Origin: Nostoc sp.
GTDB lineage: Bacteria > Cyanobacteriota > Cyanobacteriia > Cyanobacteriales > Nostocaceae
DNA: 64,000 nt
NCBI RefSeq assembly: GCF_036917615.1
Contig: NZ_JBALCZ010000040.1
Span: 80,292 to 144,291 of the forward strand
Reading direction: 5' to 3'
Shown: positions 9,371-18,978 of the stretch, piece after piece
Layout: each line of letters opens with the position of its first letter
How positions within the stretch are numbered: position 1 is the stretch's first letter
Program-made: the position numbers and the translations under genes
The notes under the pieces: model-generated
Seen by the model: the letters and a program-made list of their open reading frames with translations, nothing else
The model's database searches: none
What the model was told of the DNA's origin: nothing

Positions 9371-11095
9371 TTACTGAGGCTCAAATAAATCATTGCCAAT
9401 CCAATCAATGCGAGCGCTTGGGATTGGGGAAGGCATTATCCCGACAAAGTTGGCGGCATTGTCGATGCTTCCCTTGCCCTGATACTTGGCTTGCATCGGG
9501 TAAGGAAATATCGGTCTGGTTCTGATAATAACTGCCTTGCTGCTCGTTGCTCTTGCTGTCGGATTACTGAACCCACCACTGGTTGAGTCATCAGCCTTTT
9601 GCGAGGCAATGATTTTAGTTGGGGGAGTGCCTTGTTCCACCCATGCTACCATCGGTATCAGCCAATCCACGCGACTGGGATTAGTTCCGCCCTGACAGTG
9701 ATACATTCCAGGCAGCATGAACAACCTAGCAAACGATTGTACCTTGGTAAGACCGCCCATTGTATCTTGAACTGCTTGATAATAAGCGATTGTGCCTTGA
9801 GGAGGAATCGCTGGATCAGACCACCCATGATAGAGAATGAGCTTGCCACCGCGATCGCGAAATGCTTTCAGGTTAGGGTTAGTTGCATTGTACACTTTGC
9901 CTAGAGGACGCAGCTGATTAAAGCCCTCAACCGTAAATTGCCAGTCTTTGTAAGAGAAGGATGGGGGCGGACTCTTGGAAAAAGCCAGATATTTCAGATA
10001 GCGGTTGGAAATCTGTGCTGCAAAGGGCGGCATTCTATCTGTGACGATGCTTGCTGCCCACCCCAGTTCTGAGCCAATTGTTTGGCTACCAGGGTAGAGC
10101 AATCTACCCTGGCTGTCTACCACACCACCGTATAGTTTTTTCACAACTGCAATCTGAGCCGTCGTTAAACAATTTGCCTGTTCGCCATCGCCACTACAAC
10201 GGAGTGATTCTGGCTTAAAGGTACAAACTCTGGGATCGGTAATTTGCCCATCTAATAAACCATCTTGACCATCACAATTGGCGATCGCTGCTTGATGAAT
10301 CAGCACAAGTTTATCGGGGGACAGAATAGAATTTCCTTGAGAATCTTGGTTTGCGCGTTCGTTCCAGGTTTCATATTCGCCATTCAGGGGTGCTTGGATG
10401 GCGGCGGGTGCGCCCGCAATAATGCCATTAAAGTCGTTGGGGTATCGCTGTGCTAGCATCAGAGCTTGTCGTCCGCCATTGGAACAGCCCTGAAAGTAAG
10501 AATAACTGGGACTTTTGCTATAGAACGCGGTGGCGATCGCTTTTGCTGCTAGTGCTGTAACGTGTTCCGAGCGATAGCCGAAGTCAGCCCGCAGTTGGGG
10601 TTGATCCAGTCCCCACAGTGCGCTCGGAGTGCCTATACCGCCGCCAATATGTCCAGTATTATCGAAAGCCACGGCAAAGTTTTGATTGAGTGCAGTAATA
10701 CATTCTGGTGAAGCGTTCAAACTGCCACAATATCCGCCGCAGCCTACCTGGAGATAACGACGATTCCAATTTTGGGTGGGTAGCCGCACCTCAAACTGAA
10801 TCTGTGGTGTAACGTATCCTTTCACCTCACAGTATTCAAGAGTCTTATCCTTAGAAGGAATGATTTGAGCCGAAACAATTGCGGTGGGGGCATCGGGAAT
10901 GGCTGCAAAATCTCTTTGCATTAAAGCACTACAGGGATTAGAAGGCATCGATTGCATCGGAACTGCAATTACAGAAGTCTGGAACAATCTTCCCTGAAAG
11001 CTTAACAGTAGGACTGAAAATACAAGGGTGATGAGCGAGAAGCGCAAAATGATCGAGCCGTCCCGGAATAATGATTGCAGTCTTCGATATCTCAC
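9371..11095 (-). CDS. Tannase/feruloyl-esterase family alpha/beta hydrolase, probably exported
   Basis: 574 aa with a hydrophobic N-terminal segment and the nucleophile elbow FQGCSNGGRQ characteristic of the family. Confidence 0.8.
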   Translation of the reverse strand: MRYRRLQSLFRDGSIILRFSLITLVFSVLLLSFQGRLFQTSVIAVPMQSMPSNPCSALMQRDFAAIPDAPTAIVSAQIIPSKDKTLEYCEVKGYVTPQIQFEVRLPTQNWNRRYLQVGCGGYCGSLNASPECITALNQNFAVAFDNTGHIGGGIGTPSALWGLDQPQLRADFGYRSEHVTALAAKAIATAFYSKSPSYSYFQGCSNGGRQALMLAQRYPNDFNGIIAGAPAAIQAPLNGEYETWNERANQDSQGNSILSPDKLVLIHQAAIANCDGQDGLLDGQITDPRVCTFKPESLRCSGDGEQANCLTTAQIAVVKKLYGGVVDSQGRLLYPGSQTIGSELGWAASIVTDRMPPFAAQISNRYLKYLAFSKSPPPSFSYKDWQFTVEGFNQLRPLGKVYNATNPNLKAFRDRGGKLILYHGWSDPAIPPQGTIAYYQAVQDTMGGLTKVQSFARLFMLPGMYHCQGGTNPSRVDWLIPMVAWVEQGTPPTKIIASQKADDSTSGGFSNPTARATSSKAVIIRTRPIFPYPMQAKYQGKGSIDNAANFVGIMPSPIPSARIDWIGNDLFEPQ

Positions 11096-11265
11096 AACAA
11101 ATCTCCTGTGATTCTTTGTAGTCTAAATTCTTAGTATTCCATAGGCATAGTACTAAGAAAAGCTCTAAGCTATGCCGAATAAAGGCTACAGCTTTTAATG
11201 CGATTAAGCAGTAATCAGATGAGTCAGGCGATCGCTCACTGTGGCTTGCAGAGACAGCGAAATGG

Positions 11266-11746
11266 ATGGGGCATAAAGCAGAGATGTTCCAAAAACTTTT
11301 TGTAGGTAGAAAAAGCGGCGTTGCTGAATCATGGGATGATTTCGGGCGTAAGCGACATATAGTTGTAGATTCTCAAGGGTTGTTGATTGGTGTTCTAGTG
11401 ACTCAAGCCAATGCATCGGAACGTTTGGGTGCTGTAGTTGTACTGCATGAAGCGGCTGTTGAATTGTCCAAATTGGAAGTTGTTTGGGTAGATCAAGGCT
11501 ATTCAGGAGAAAACTTTGCTCAAGCCGTCAAGAAAGTTTGCAAAGAACAGGTTCGTGTTGAGGTTATTTCAAAGGAACTCGAAAACATTTGAGCGATTGC
11601 CGAAACGATGGATTGTGGAACGGACATTCGGGTGACTCAATCGATTTCGCCGTTTGAGTAAGGATTATGAGTTGTACACAGAGTTAAGTGAAGCAATGAT
11701 TTATGGTTTATTGATTCGTTTGATGATAAAGCGGATGGTATCTTAA
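11266..11746 (+). pseudogene. IS5/IS4-type DDE transposase remnant (C-terminal half, with a frameshift and a TGA)
   Basis: Reads GRKRHIVVD...VWVDQGYSG. After a frame change near 11590 it reads LPKRWIVERTFG*LNRFRRLSKDYE. No N-terminal half and no terminal repeats were seen. Confidence 0.8.
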
Positions 11747-11761
11747 GCATTTGTTTACGAA

Positions 11762-13648
11762 TCAGCTCTCAGTTCCCAACATCTGCAAGTTATGTAAAGT
11801 AGCGTAAAGTCCTCCCTGTTGCAGTAGTTGCTCATGACTTCCCTGCTCGATTAATTCGCCACGCTTGAGAACAAAAATCCGGTCTACATTGCGAATCGTA
11901 GACAGGCGGTGAGCGATAATAATCGCGGTACGTCTGAGCAAAAGCTGGTTTAATGCCTCTTGAACTAAAGCTTCTGTCCCAACATCTAAACTAGCGGTAG
12001 CTTCATCTAGTACCAAAATTTGGGGATTGCGAATGGCAGCCCGCGCAAAGGCTAAAAGTTGCTTTTGACCACTAGAAATATTTGTACCCCGTTCTCGAAG
12101 TTGAGTATCATAGCCTTGGGGTAGTTCTTCTATAAACTGGGCAATATTGGTTTGCTCTGCTGCTTGTTGAATCTGTTCAACGGTATAGCCATCTCCTAAA
12201 GAAATGTTGCTTTTAACGTCGCCAGCAAACAAAAAGCCTTCTTGTAGAATTACTGCCATGTAGCGCCGCAGTTCTGCCTGTGGTACCTCTCGAATATCGA
12301 CACCATCTATGAGAATCCGTCCTAGTGTGGGTTCGTAGAGGCGGCACAAAAGACGGATGATCGAAGTTTTACCCGCACCTGTGGGGCCGACTAATGCTAT
12401 TTTTTCACCAGGCTGAATGGTGAAATCTAAGTCTTTAATTACGTAATCATCATTTTTGTAAGCAAACCAGACGTGATCAAAGCGAATCTCTCCCAATTCA
12501 GGCAGGGAAGTGATATCTGGGGATTCTAGATTTGCAACTATCTCATCTATGTAGCCGAATTTAGCATCAAATATTGAGAAGCGCACATTGGCGCGATCGC
12601 GGATTTCTATCGGTTCATCTAATATATTGCCTACGCGTTCAATGGCAGTGAAACCAGCTTGAATTACCGTAAATTTTTCCGCAAAATCCCTTAAAGGGTC
12701 AAATAATCGCTGGGCATACAATATAAACGCAGATAAAGTCCCAAAAGTCAAGTTTTTTCCCAACAGTAACCAACCACCTACCAACAAAACACCTGCGATC
12801 GCAATCAGACCAATCCATTCCAAGGTTGCTGAAATAAATGAATCATAAAAGATGGTTTGATCCATTTGCTGAGTGTAGCGGGTGTTCGTGGCGCGAAACA
12901 ATTCGGCATTAAATTTTTCCCTGCGGAACAACTGCACCACGTTAATGCCAAGCACATTTTCTTGTAGCTGTGAGTTCAGGATAGAAAGTTCGTCCCGCCC
13001 TTTGTAATTGGCTTTGCGGTACTGTTGCTGAATGTAAACAATTAACCAGGTAATTGGAAACAACATCAATAGCAGCAAGCAAGTGAGTTTCCATTGGATG
13101 GAAAACATTAAACCCAAAATCACTAGCATAGAAAACAAATTGGACACAATGCCAATTGCCCCAGTAGAAAAGACATCGCCTAACACTTCCACATCGCTGG
13201 TGATTCTGGTGATTAATTTACCTACGGGCGTGCGGTCAAAAAAGCGGACTGCTAAAGATGTCACATGCTGGAATAAGTCTTGGCGAATTGCTGCGGTGAT
13301 TTGTTGCCCTAACTTCTGGACTAGATAACCCTGGTAGCCTGTCAAAATCAATCGGATTGCGATCGCTATCACCAATAATCCCTCCAGGATATTTAGCCCT
13401 TGCGACAAGGGGCGATTCCTGAGAAATTCGTAAGTGCTTGGTTCATGGCGAATTAGGGAGATAGCTTGGCCAATCAACAGTGGTTGTATGGCATTCGCTA
13501 GCGCGATCGGTACGAGTAGGGACATCGACAGCGTTAACAATCGTCCGCTACGACGGGCATAAGGCACTAAACGCAAAAACAACCGCCAGTCATTTTCACT
13601 GCGACGATGTTGCGTATAAGATTTTTTGAGAGATTGGTAGATGCTCAT
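11762..13648 (-). CDS. ABC exporter, fused permease-ATPase (MsbA/MdlB type)
   Basis: 628 aa with a TM-rich N-terminal half, Walker A GPTGAGKTS, signature SSGQKQ and Walker B LVLDEATS. Confidence 0.9.
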   Translation of the reverse strand: MSIYQSLKKSYTQHRRSENDWRLFLRLVPYARRSGRLLTLSMSLLVPIALANAIQPLLIGQAISLIRHEPSTYEFLRNRPLSQGLNILEGLLVIAIAIRLILTGYQGYLVQKLGQQITAAIRQDLFQHVTSLAVRFFDRTPVGKLITRITSDVEVLGDVFSTGAIGIVSNLFSMLVILGLMFSIQWKLTCLLLLMLFPITWLIVYIQQQYRKANYKGRDELSILNSQLQENVLGINVVQLFRREKFNAELFRATNTRYTQQMDQTIFYDSFISATLEWIGLIAIAGVLLVGGWLLLGKNLTFGTLSAFILYAQRLFDPLRDFAEKFTVIQAGFTAIERVGNILDEPIEIRDRANVRFSIFDAKFGYIDEIVANLESPDITSLPELGEIRFDHVWFAYKNDDYVIKDLDFTIQPGEKIALVGPTGAGKTSIIRLLCRLYEPTLGRILIDGVDIREVPQAELRRYMAVILQEGFLFAGDVKSNISLGDGYTVEQIQQAAEQTNIAQFIEELPQGYDTQLRERGTNISSGQKQLLAFARAAIRNPQILVLDEATASLDVGTEALVQEALNQLLLRRTAIIIAHRLSTIRNVDRIFVLKRGELIEQGSHEQLLQQGGLYATLHNLQMLGTES

Positions 13649-13723
13649 AGTAAGAGCATTATATTAATGTTTGTAAAAAAATACCCTTGTTTAAAGTAGC
13701 GTTTGGCCTTTTACTCTGATATC

Positions 13724-13837
13724 ATGCCTGAGATAGAAACCGCAAGACTGCTACTAAGACCTTATACTCCTCAAGACCTGGATGAACTTGCTCCCATTTT
13801 GAGCAACCCAGTAGTTATTAGGTATTCACCTGGCTAA
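13724..13837 (+). pseudogene. GNAT (RimJ/RimL-type) N-acetyltransferase, N-terminal fragment
   Basis: MPEIETARLLLRPYTPQDLDELAPILSNPVVIRYSPG*. This is a typical GNAT start that ends exactly where a repeat element begins. Confidence 0.7.
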
Positions 13838-14148
13838 CTTTTCCCGTTAAGTCTCGAAAAGCTTGCTCACAAAGGATTCAGAATAAATTAATCTCCTTCA
13901 GCTTCAGGTAATGAGCGCTAAATCACCCAAACTTACCAAAAATATTAACAGTTAGTTGGGCTGTTGAAGCGTTGGCGCAGCCCGCCGCAGGCATCGCTCG
14001 ATATGGCGGTTACTTAGAACATCGACGTAATACTCTCATTGGTATCCAGGTACTATAACCTGGCTGGTTAAAACTACACGACCTTTGTATTTGCGTAGCG
14101 TCTCGTTGAGAGGGTTGGCAGCTTGCTAGAGATACTTAACGGGAAAGT
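13837..14148. mobile_element. MITE-like element with about 15-bp terminal inverted repeats
   Basis: Left end is acttttcccgttaagt; right end is acttaacgggaaagt, which is the reverse complement bar one T. The interior carries an SDR copy and gcgtagcgtctcg-type repeats. Confidence 0.6.
13969..13997. repeat. SDR-like 29-nt repeat copy nested in the MITE-like element
   Basis: gcgttggcgcagcccgccgcaggcatcgc, the reverse complement of the family consensus. Confidence 0.7.
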
Positions 14149-14313
14149 CAGGAGTATGGGATTACCTTTGTCTTATTTGGAGTGTCTATTTTGGAAAGAT
14201 AATTATAAATCGGCGTTGCATAAATGCGGGATAAATTGGCGGTTGAAACCATTGATAACTCGTTCTAAATTGAGCGAAATCATCCCATGATTCAGCAACA
14301 CCTATAAATCATA

Positions 14314-15264
14314 CTATATGCGACACTTTATAATTCTAGATATATATGCGTTACGATCACCACTACCTTGATAAGTTACTATCCAGGGGAGCTCTCCTTC
14401 TGGACTGCTAAGAGAATATTCAGGTAATGGCACGTACGAAAAAATACCCTTCTCATCTAACTTTCCCCACCCAATTTGACTCATAAACTTCAAAAGATCA
14501 TTGTTTACATCGCTTGATTGGAAGATGCGCTTCTGAATACTAAAACCAAAGTGTTGTTTAGAGTATTTTGTCCAGAGATTATCTATAGTACGTAAGTCTT
14601 CGCACGAAAAATTCTCAAAGTCTTTTGCTTGAAGGCTGCGTTCTTCCCATTTGCCAGCCAATTCCCACATCCTATTAGCGGTTTCACGATCAGCGTCTTG
14701 CCATCTCTCCTGTGATAGTAAATTTTGTAGTTGAATGTAGCGTGAGTTAACCGATTGCGTTCTAGAAATTTGAAACCCTGCCAAACTAGCTAACCCAATT
14801 AAAAAAATTGCTCCACCAGCCAACCAATTAAGTCTTGTTGATTGAGATTTTGCTCCATCTGGTTGATTAGAGGAATTTATTCTGAATTCAGTAACAAGAC
14901 TAGGTGTTGGAGAAGTTTGTTGTTCTACAGTGCTTGGATTTGGATAATTATGTCTAAATTCCTGATTACAATTAAGTTTTACGGCAATTTCTTTTAAAAA
15001 AGATTCATGTTTTCCTCCCTGAAAAATAGGCGCTAGCTCCTTACAACAGAGATGACAGATGGCTTTTGTATTTCCTACTGTATTTAAGTAGTTAATTAAA
15101 TTTATAGCGAAGCTATCTTCTGAAGATTCGTACATAAAACCAAGTTCCTTGTAGTGGCTTATTCCAATCTTTATACATAGTGCTTCTCGTGCTTTTCCTT
15201 TCTGGCTAATAACTAATAGGTTTGCTAATGCATTTAGTTCATCTTGGTTTAAATCTTGTAACAT
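14314..15264 (-). CDS. Adaptor (EAD/death-like) domain - TM helix - GUN4-like domain protein
   Basis: 316 aa. The N-terminal ~95 aa are homologous to the C-terminus of the upstream protein. One TM helix (LNWLAGGAIFLIGLASLAGF). GUN4-type motifs RWQDADRET, CEDLRTIDNLWTKYS and HFGFSIQ. Confidence 0.75.
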   Translation of the reverse strand: MLQDLNQDELNALANLLVISQKGKAREALCIKIGISHYKELGFMYESSEDSFAINLINYLNTVGNTKAICHLCCKELAPIFQGGKHESFLKEIAVKLNCNQEFRHNYPNPSTVEQQTSPTPSLVTEFRINSSNQPDGAKSQSTRLNWLAGGAIFLIGLASLAGFQISRTQSVNSRYIQLQNLLSQERWQDADRETANRMWELAGKWEERSLQAKDFENFSCEDLRTIDNLWTKYSKQHFGFSIQKRIFQSSDVNNDLLKFMSQIGWGKLDEKGIFSYVPLPEYSLSSPEGELPWIVTYQGSGDRNAYISRIIKCRI

Positions 15265-15280
15265 ATATTTAACTTACAGA

Positions 15281-16216
15281 TTACTTACAATTTAATTTTG
15301 ATTTAATATTTTCTAAATCAGCTGAGTACTTCCCTCTTTTAAAGACAACTTCAAGTTCTTTACTTATTTTACAAAGAGCTTGTTTATCATCTATATTATG
15401 TAAATAATTAATGAGCTGTAAGGCAAAGTCAGTGTCAGCAGATTCTCTTATAAATCCAAGTTGATTTGGTTCAATTCCAGTTTTGATACATAGTGCTTTT
15501 CGTGCCGAATATTCTGCACGTCCACTACGTATCAAGAGTTCTGTAAGTATCTCTTTGTCGAACTCGTTTAGTTCCTGATCTGACTCAGACGCAGATTCAT
15601 CTGAGACTGGAGGCTGGTCTTGAGACCAACTTATCTTAGCAACTGTCTCCCGCATATTTGGTTTCTTCTTTAGAGTCGGGGTTAGTTGCTCTGGAATACC
15701 TGCTAACCGAATTGCAGCACAACCAAATTTGTAGGCAAATTCAACGGAGCGTCCTGCTCCTAGAGCATCGTAAAAACCTACAGCAAATTCAATTGCTGCT
15801 CTATCTCCGATTGCCTTTTTCATGCCAATTACATAGTTAATCTGTTGAGAGATTGCTTCTGCCTGCATTTCCGAGTAACAGCCGTTAAGAACAATACATT
15901 CAACCTGATCAGCAAACAAATCAAACAGTCCCGCTAGAGCTTCTCCATTGACTAGCTTTGCCGAACCTGTTTCATCTTCAAATACCAGACCCTCATCTTT
16001 CGTTCCATGCCCAGAAAAATGAATAATCTGTGGATTAATATCCAGCATCGCCCGCTGAATATCTCTCGGTCGCACTGCCCACTTCTGCTCTAAGACAAAC
16101 TGATCGCGGTGTTTTGCTCGCTGCAATCCAGCATCGATTTCACGCACTTCCTCATCTAAACGCAGTGGTGTTGTGCCTTGAGGATTTGCTGCTAAAATCA
16201 AGATTTTTTGCTGCAT
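15281..16216 (-). CDS. Minimal caspase-like (CHAT-type) peptidase domain fused to a C-terminal adaptor (EAD/death-like) domain
   Basis: 311 aa. Reads ILILAANP..LRLDEEVREI..IIHFSGHG (His)..ECIVLNGCYSE (Cys)..GDRAAIEFAVGFYDAL. The C-terminal ~95 aa are paralogous to the neighbour's N-terminus. Confidence 0.75.
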   Translation of the reverse strand: MQQKILILAANPQGTTPLRLDEEVREIDAGLQRAKHRDQFVLEQKWAVRPRDIQRAMLDINPQIIHFSGHGTKDEGLVFEDETGSAKLVNGEALAGLFDLFADQVECIVLNGCYSEMQAEAISQQINYVIGMKKAIGDRAAIEFAVGFYDALGAGRSVEFAYKFGCAAIRLAGIPEQLTPTLKKKPNMRETVAKISWSQDQPPVSDESASESDQELNEFDKEILTELLIRSGRAEYSARKALCIKTGIEPNQLGFIRESADTDFALQLINYLHNIDDKQALCKISKELEVVFKRGKYSADLENIKSKLNCK

Positions 16217-16381
16217 AGATTAACTCCATTTATATGATGAAAAGTTTTTTTACATAACTAACTTCCTTACTAGCAAGGCTGTTCAACCGCATTTAGTGGT
16301 AACTTCTTACCTATTTCCCTATCAGCTTGTGAAATTTCGTTTGTTAACAGCCATTGCTGGATTAGCTCAGTGACTACCTGA

Positions 16382-16685
16382 TTCATCTTTTTACCCTGTA
16401 TAACGCCGGAAGTTGATCTTGGCTATCTGTTTGACAAGTCCTATTGGAACATGGGACTAGGGACTGAAGCCTCTCAAGTAACTTTAAAGTTTGGATTTTG
16501 GGAAGTGAAGCTAGATTGGATAGTAGCGATGCCGAAGGCGGGCTACGCCTACGCTCATCGGTGAAAACATCGCTTCAGTGGGTGTGATTCAAAAGGTAAG
16601 AATGAAGTACCAAAAGAATGCTATCTATTATGGTCATGATGTAGTGTACTACGCTATCTCATACACAGAATGGCAGCCGGGATGA
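16382..16685 (+). pseudogene. GNAT N-acetyltransferase, core and C-terminal fragment, frameshifted by a 28-nt repeat insert
   Basis: Reads FIFLPCITPEVDLGYLFDKSYWNMGLGTEASQVTLKFGFWEVKLDWIVA. After the insert, in another frame, it reads IGENIASVGVIQKVRMKYQKNAIYYGHDVVYYAISYTEWQPG*. Confidence 0.7.
16529..16556. repeat. SDR-like repeat inserted in the GNAT remnant (28 nt, causes a frameshift)
   Basis: atgccgaaggcgggctacgcctacgctc lies between WIVA and IGENIAS. The length follows from the frame offset. Confidence 0.75.
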
Positions 16686-17115
16686 TTCTCTTTACATTTT
16701 ACAATCTTAAAACTATCAGTCCTCAACCTAGAAATTTTGCCACTATTTGGTGCTGACCTTGGCTTGCCTAATTTAATTTGGTGGATCAAAACGATTCATA
16801 GCCGTGCCCACAGAATCATGGGAGAACTAACTGCCAAAAATCAAAACCACTGCTGCAAACTCAATGGATCTGTAGAGAATACATGGTTTAGGTCTTTGGT
16901 AGGGGTGTATAGCTGTGCATTACTACTAGGTAATTTGTATTAATTGCTTCATAGATATCCCTGTAAGCATGAAACAACACCACAGTTCTCTCTTTTCGTC
17001 TTATATCTAAAGGTAGAAGATAAATATTAACTCAATTTTGGGAAACCTAACCTAAGAAGGGTTCATTCCCAAAAGATGTCCTGCTTATGTATCACAGAAT
17101 GCAACTGAGGTTCAG

Positions 17116-18138
17116 ATGACGCAACCTTTAAATCAAGTCAAAGAGTGGGAACAACGTCGTGAGCAAGCAAACCGCTACTACCAGTGCGGGAAATTTCAAG
17201 AATCTCTCGATCTTGCAACCAAAAATTTACACTTGGCTAGAGCAATTCCAGACCGAGTTAGGGAAGGTTATACATTGAACGACCTCGGTTTAGCTCACCT
17301 CAGTTGCTGGCAACCTCAAAGAGCATTAGAGGTGTTTCATCAGGCACTTTTGGTTGCTGTCGAAATTGGCAACGCGCCAGCACAAGCAACTGCACTTAGC
17401 AATTTGGGTTCTACCTACAGCCGTCTTGGACGCTTTTCGCAAGCGTTGGAATATTTTGATCAAGCACTGCCAATCTTTAGGCGATTGCAAGATATTGAAA
17501 GTGAAGTTTCTATTCTTAATGATGTAGCGCTAATTTATACCCACTTAGGAGAACCGAAACGGGCACTGTTACTACAACACCAAATTTTGAGGATGCGGCG
17601 ATTGTTAGGTGACTTTTCTGGTGAGGCAACAACCCTAAATGCCATTGGCTTTGCTTACAATATCTTAGGCAAGTTTGAGCAAGCTCTAGAATTTTTACAA
17701 GCAGCACTTCCAATTCAACGAGCTGTCAAGAATTTGGTTGGTGAAGCAACCACTTTGAATAATATTGCCTCAATCTATAGTGATTTAGGAAAACCGAAAC
17801 AAGCGTTATTACTCTACTATCAAGTTCTTTTGACACGTCGAGCAATCCGCGATCGCTCTGGCGAGGCAACAACGCTTCACAACATTGGTTTTACCTACAG
17901 CACCCTGGCAGAGCATCGGCAGGCAATGAAGTTCTATAAACAAGCCATTACGATTTATCAACAACTAAACGATTGTCTCGGAGAAATTTCAACTTTGCTG
18001 AATATGGGAAGCCTTTACGCCACAACGAAACGCAAAAAATTGGCGCGATCGTGCTACCAAAATGCCCAAGAGTTAGCAGAGAAAATCGAACATCAGCCAC
18101 TCCTGGAAAAAGTACAGCAGTTTATAGATTCTCTCTAG
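17116..18138 (+). CDS. TPR-repeat protein (about eight TPR_12-like units)
   Basis: 340 aa with a recurring 40-aa pattern GEATTLNxIGxxYxxLGxxxQALxxxxQAL. Confidence 0.85.
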   Translation: MTQPLNQVKEWEQRREQANRYYQCGKFQESLDLATKNLHLARAIPDRVREGYTLNDLGLAHLSCWQPQRALEVFHQALLVAVEIGNAPAQATALSNLGSTYSRLGRFSQALEYFDQALPIFRRLQDIESEVSILNDVALIYTHLGEPKRALLLQHQILRMRRLLGDFSGEATTLNAIGFAYNILGKFEQALEFLQAALPIQRAVKNLVGEATTLNNIASIYSDLGKPKQALLLYYQVLLTRRAIRDRSGEATTLHNIGFTYSTLAEHRQAMKFYKQAITIYQQLNDCLGEISTLLNMGSLYATTKRKKLARSCYQNAQELAEKIEHQPLLEKVQQFIDSL

Positions 18139-18502
18139 TTAAATGCAGCAGGCTCAGATTCTCGATGTCTTTAAGAAGTTGGGAATTTTGGTGTTCGAGC
18201 TGAAGTTCAAAAAGTTCGCAACTTGGTATAACTATAAGTAAGCTGTTTGCCAAATAAGCCGCGCCTAATTTTATTTGCTAGTAAAGTTCATACTTAAGTA
18301 ATATATAAATTTTATTAGTAACTGTGTACTTTAAATAAAGACAGTTTTATTCATAGAAGCACAGTCTTCCAATATTTAGCTATTTATTTCATCTTTACAC
18401 CCAGTTAATTGTATTTTTTGTTACCGCTAACTAGATATTGCTCAACAGGTTACGATCAATTAAGAAGTAATAATTTTTTACGGCACCGCCAGGAGTCTTT
18501 TA

Positions 18503-18721
18503 ATGTTCATTAATGAATTGTCACCTATATTCAGAGAGTTTATCCAGCATCCAGTCTCATTTGTGGGTGGGTTATTCTCTGGTGTGCTTCGGCTCAATCT
18601 TGCAGACGATCCTGTTAAAAGCTGGCTGGATCAACAGATCCGCTCAAATAGTTACACCAATATCACAATAGACGCACATAATGGCAAAGCCACTGGGCCT
18701 CAACAGATTTCGATTGACTAA
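18503..18721 (+). CDS. Small hypothetical protein (72 aa)
   Basis: ATG preceded by aggag at about -12. No recognisable domain. Confidence 0.45.
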   Translation: MFINELSPIFREFIQHPVSFVGGLFSGVLRLNLADDPVKSWLDQQIRSNSYTNITIDAHNGKATGPQQISID

Positions 18722-18978
18722 ATTTTTGGGTAATCGCAAATCCGGTGAATTATTTTGCTAAACCGAACCATTTCACCCCATTTGTAACTCTTCCTTACCT
18801 TCTTTGCTAAGAGGGAAATGAACAAAAAGACACAAACAGAAGTCTGAGTCTGCCAAGTTTATTTGATCGGTTCATAGTTGGCACTGTCTTCAAAGACAGC
18901 GCCAACTATGAACAATCCGCACCCCTCAATTATTTATTGACAGACCACTAGGGACTGTTTTCAAACCCCAAATTAGAT

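Noticed and set aside
11204-11416. A 70-aa minus-strand ORF next to the tannase gene
   Set aside because: It overlaps the transposase remnant on the other strand, which has clear DDE-transposase similarity.
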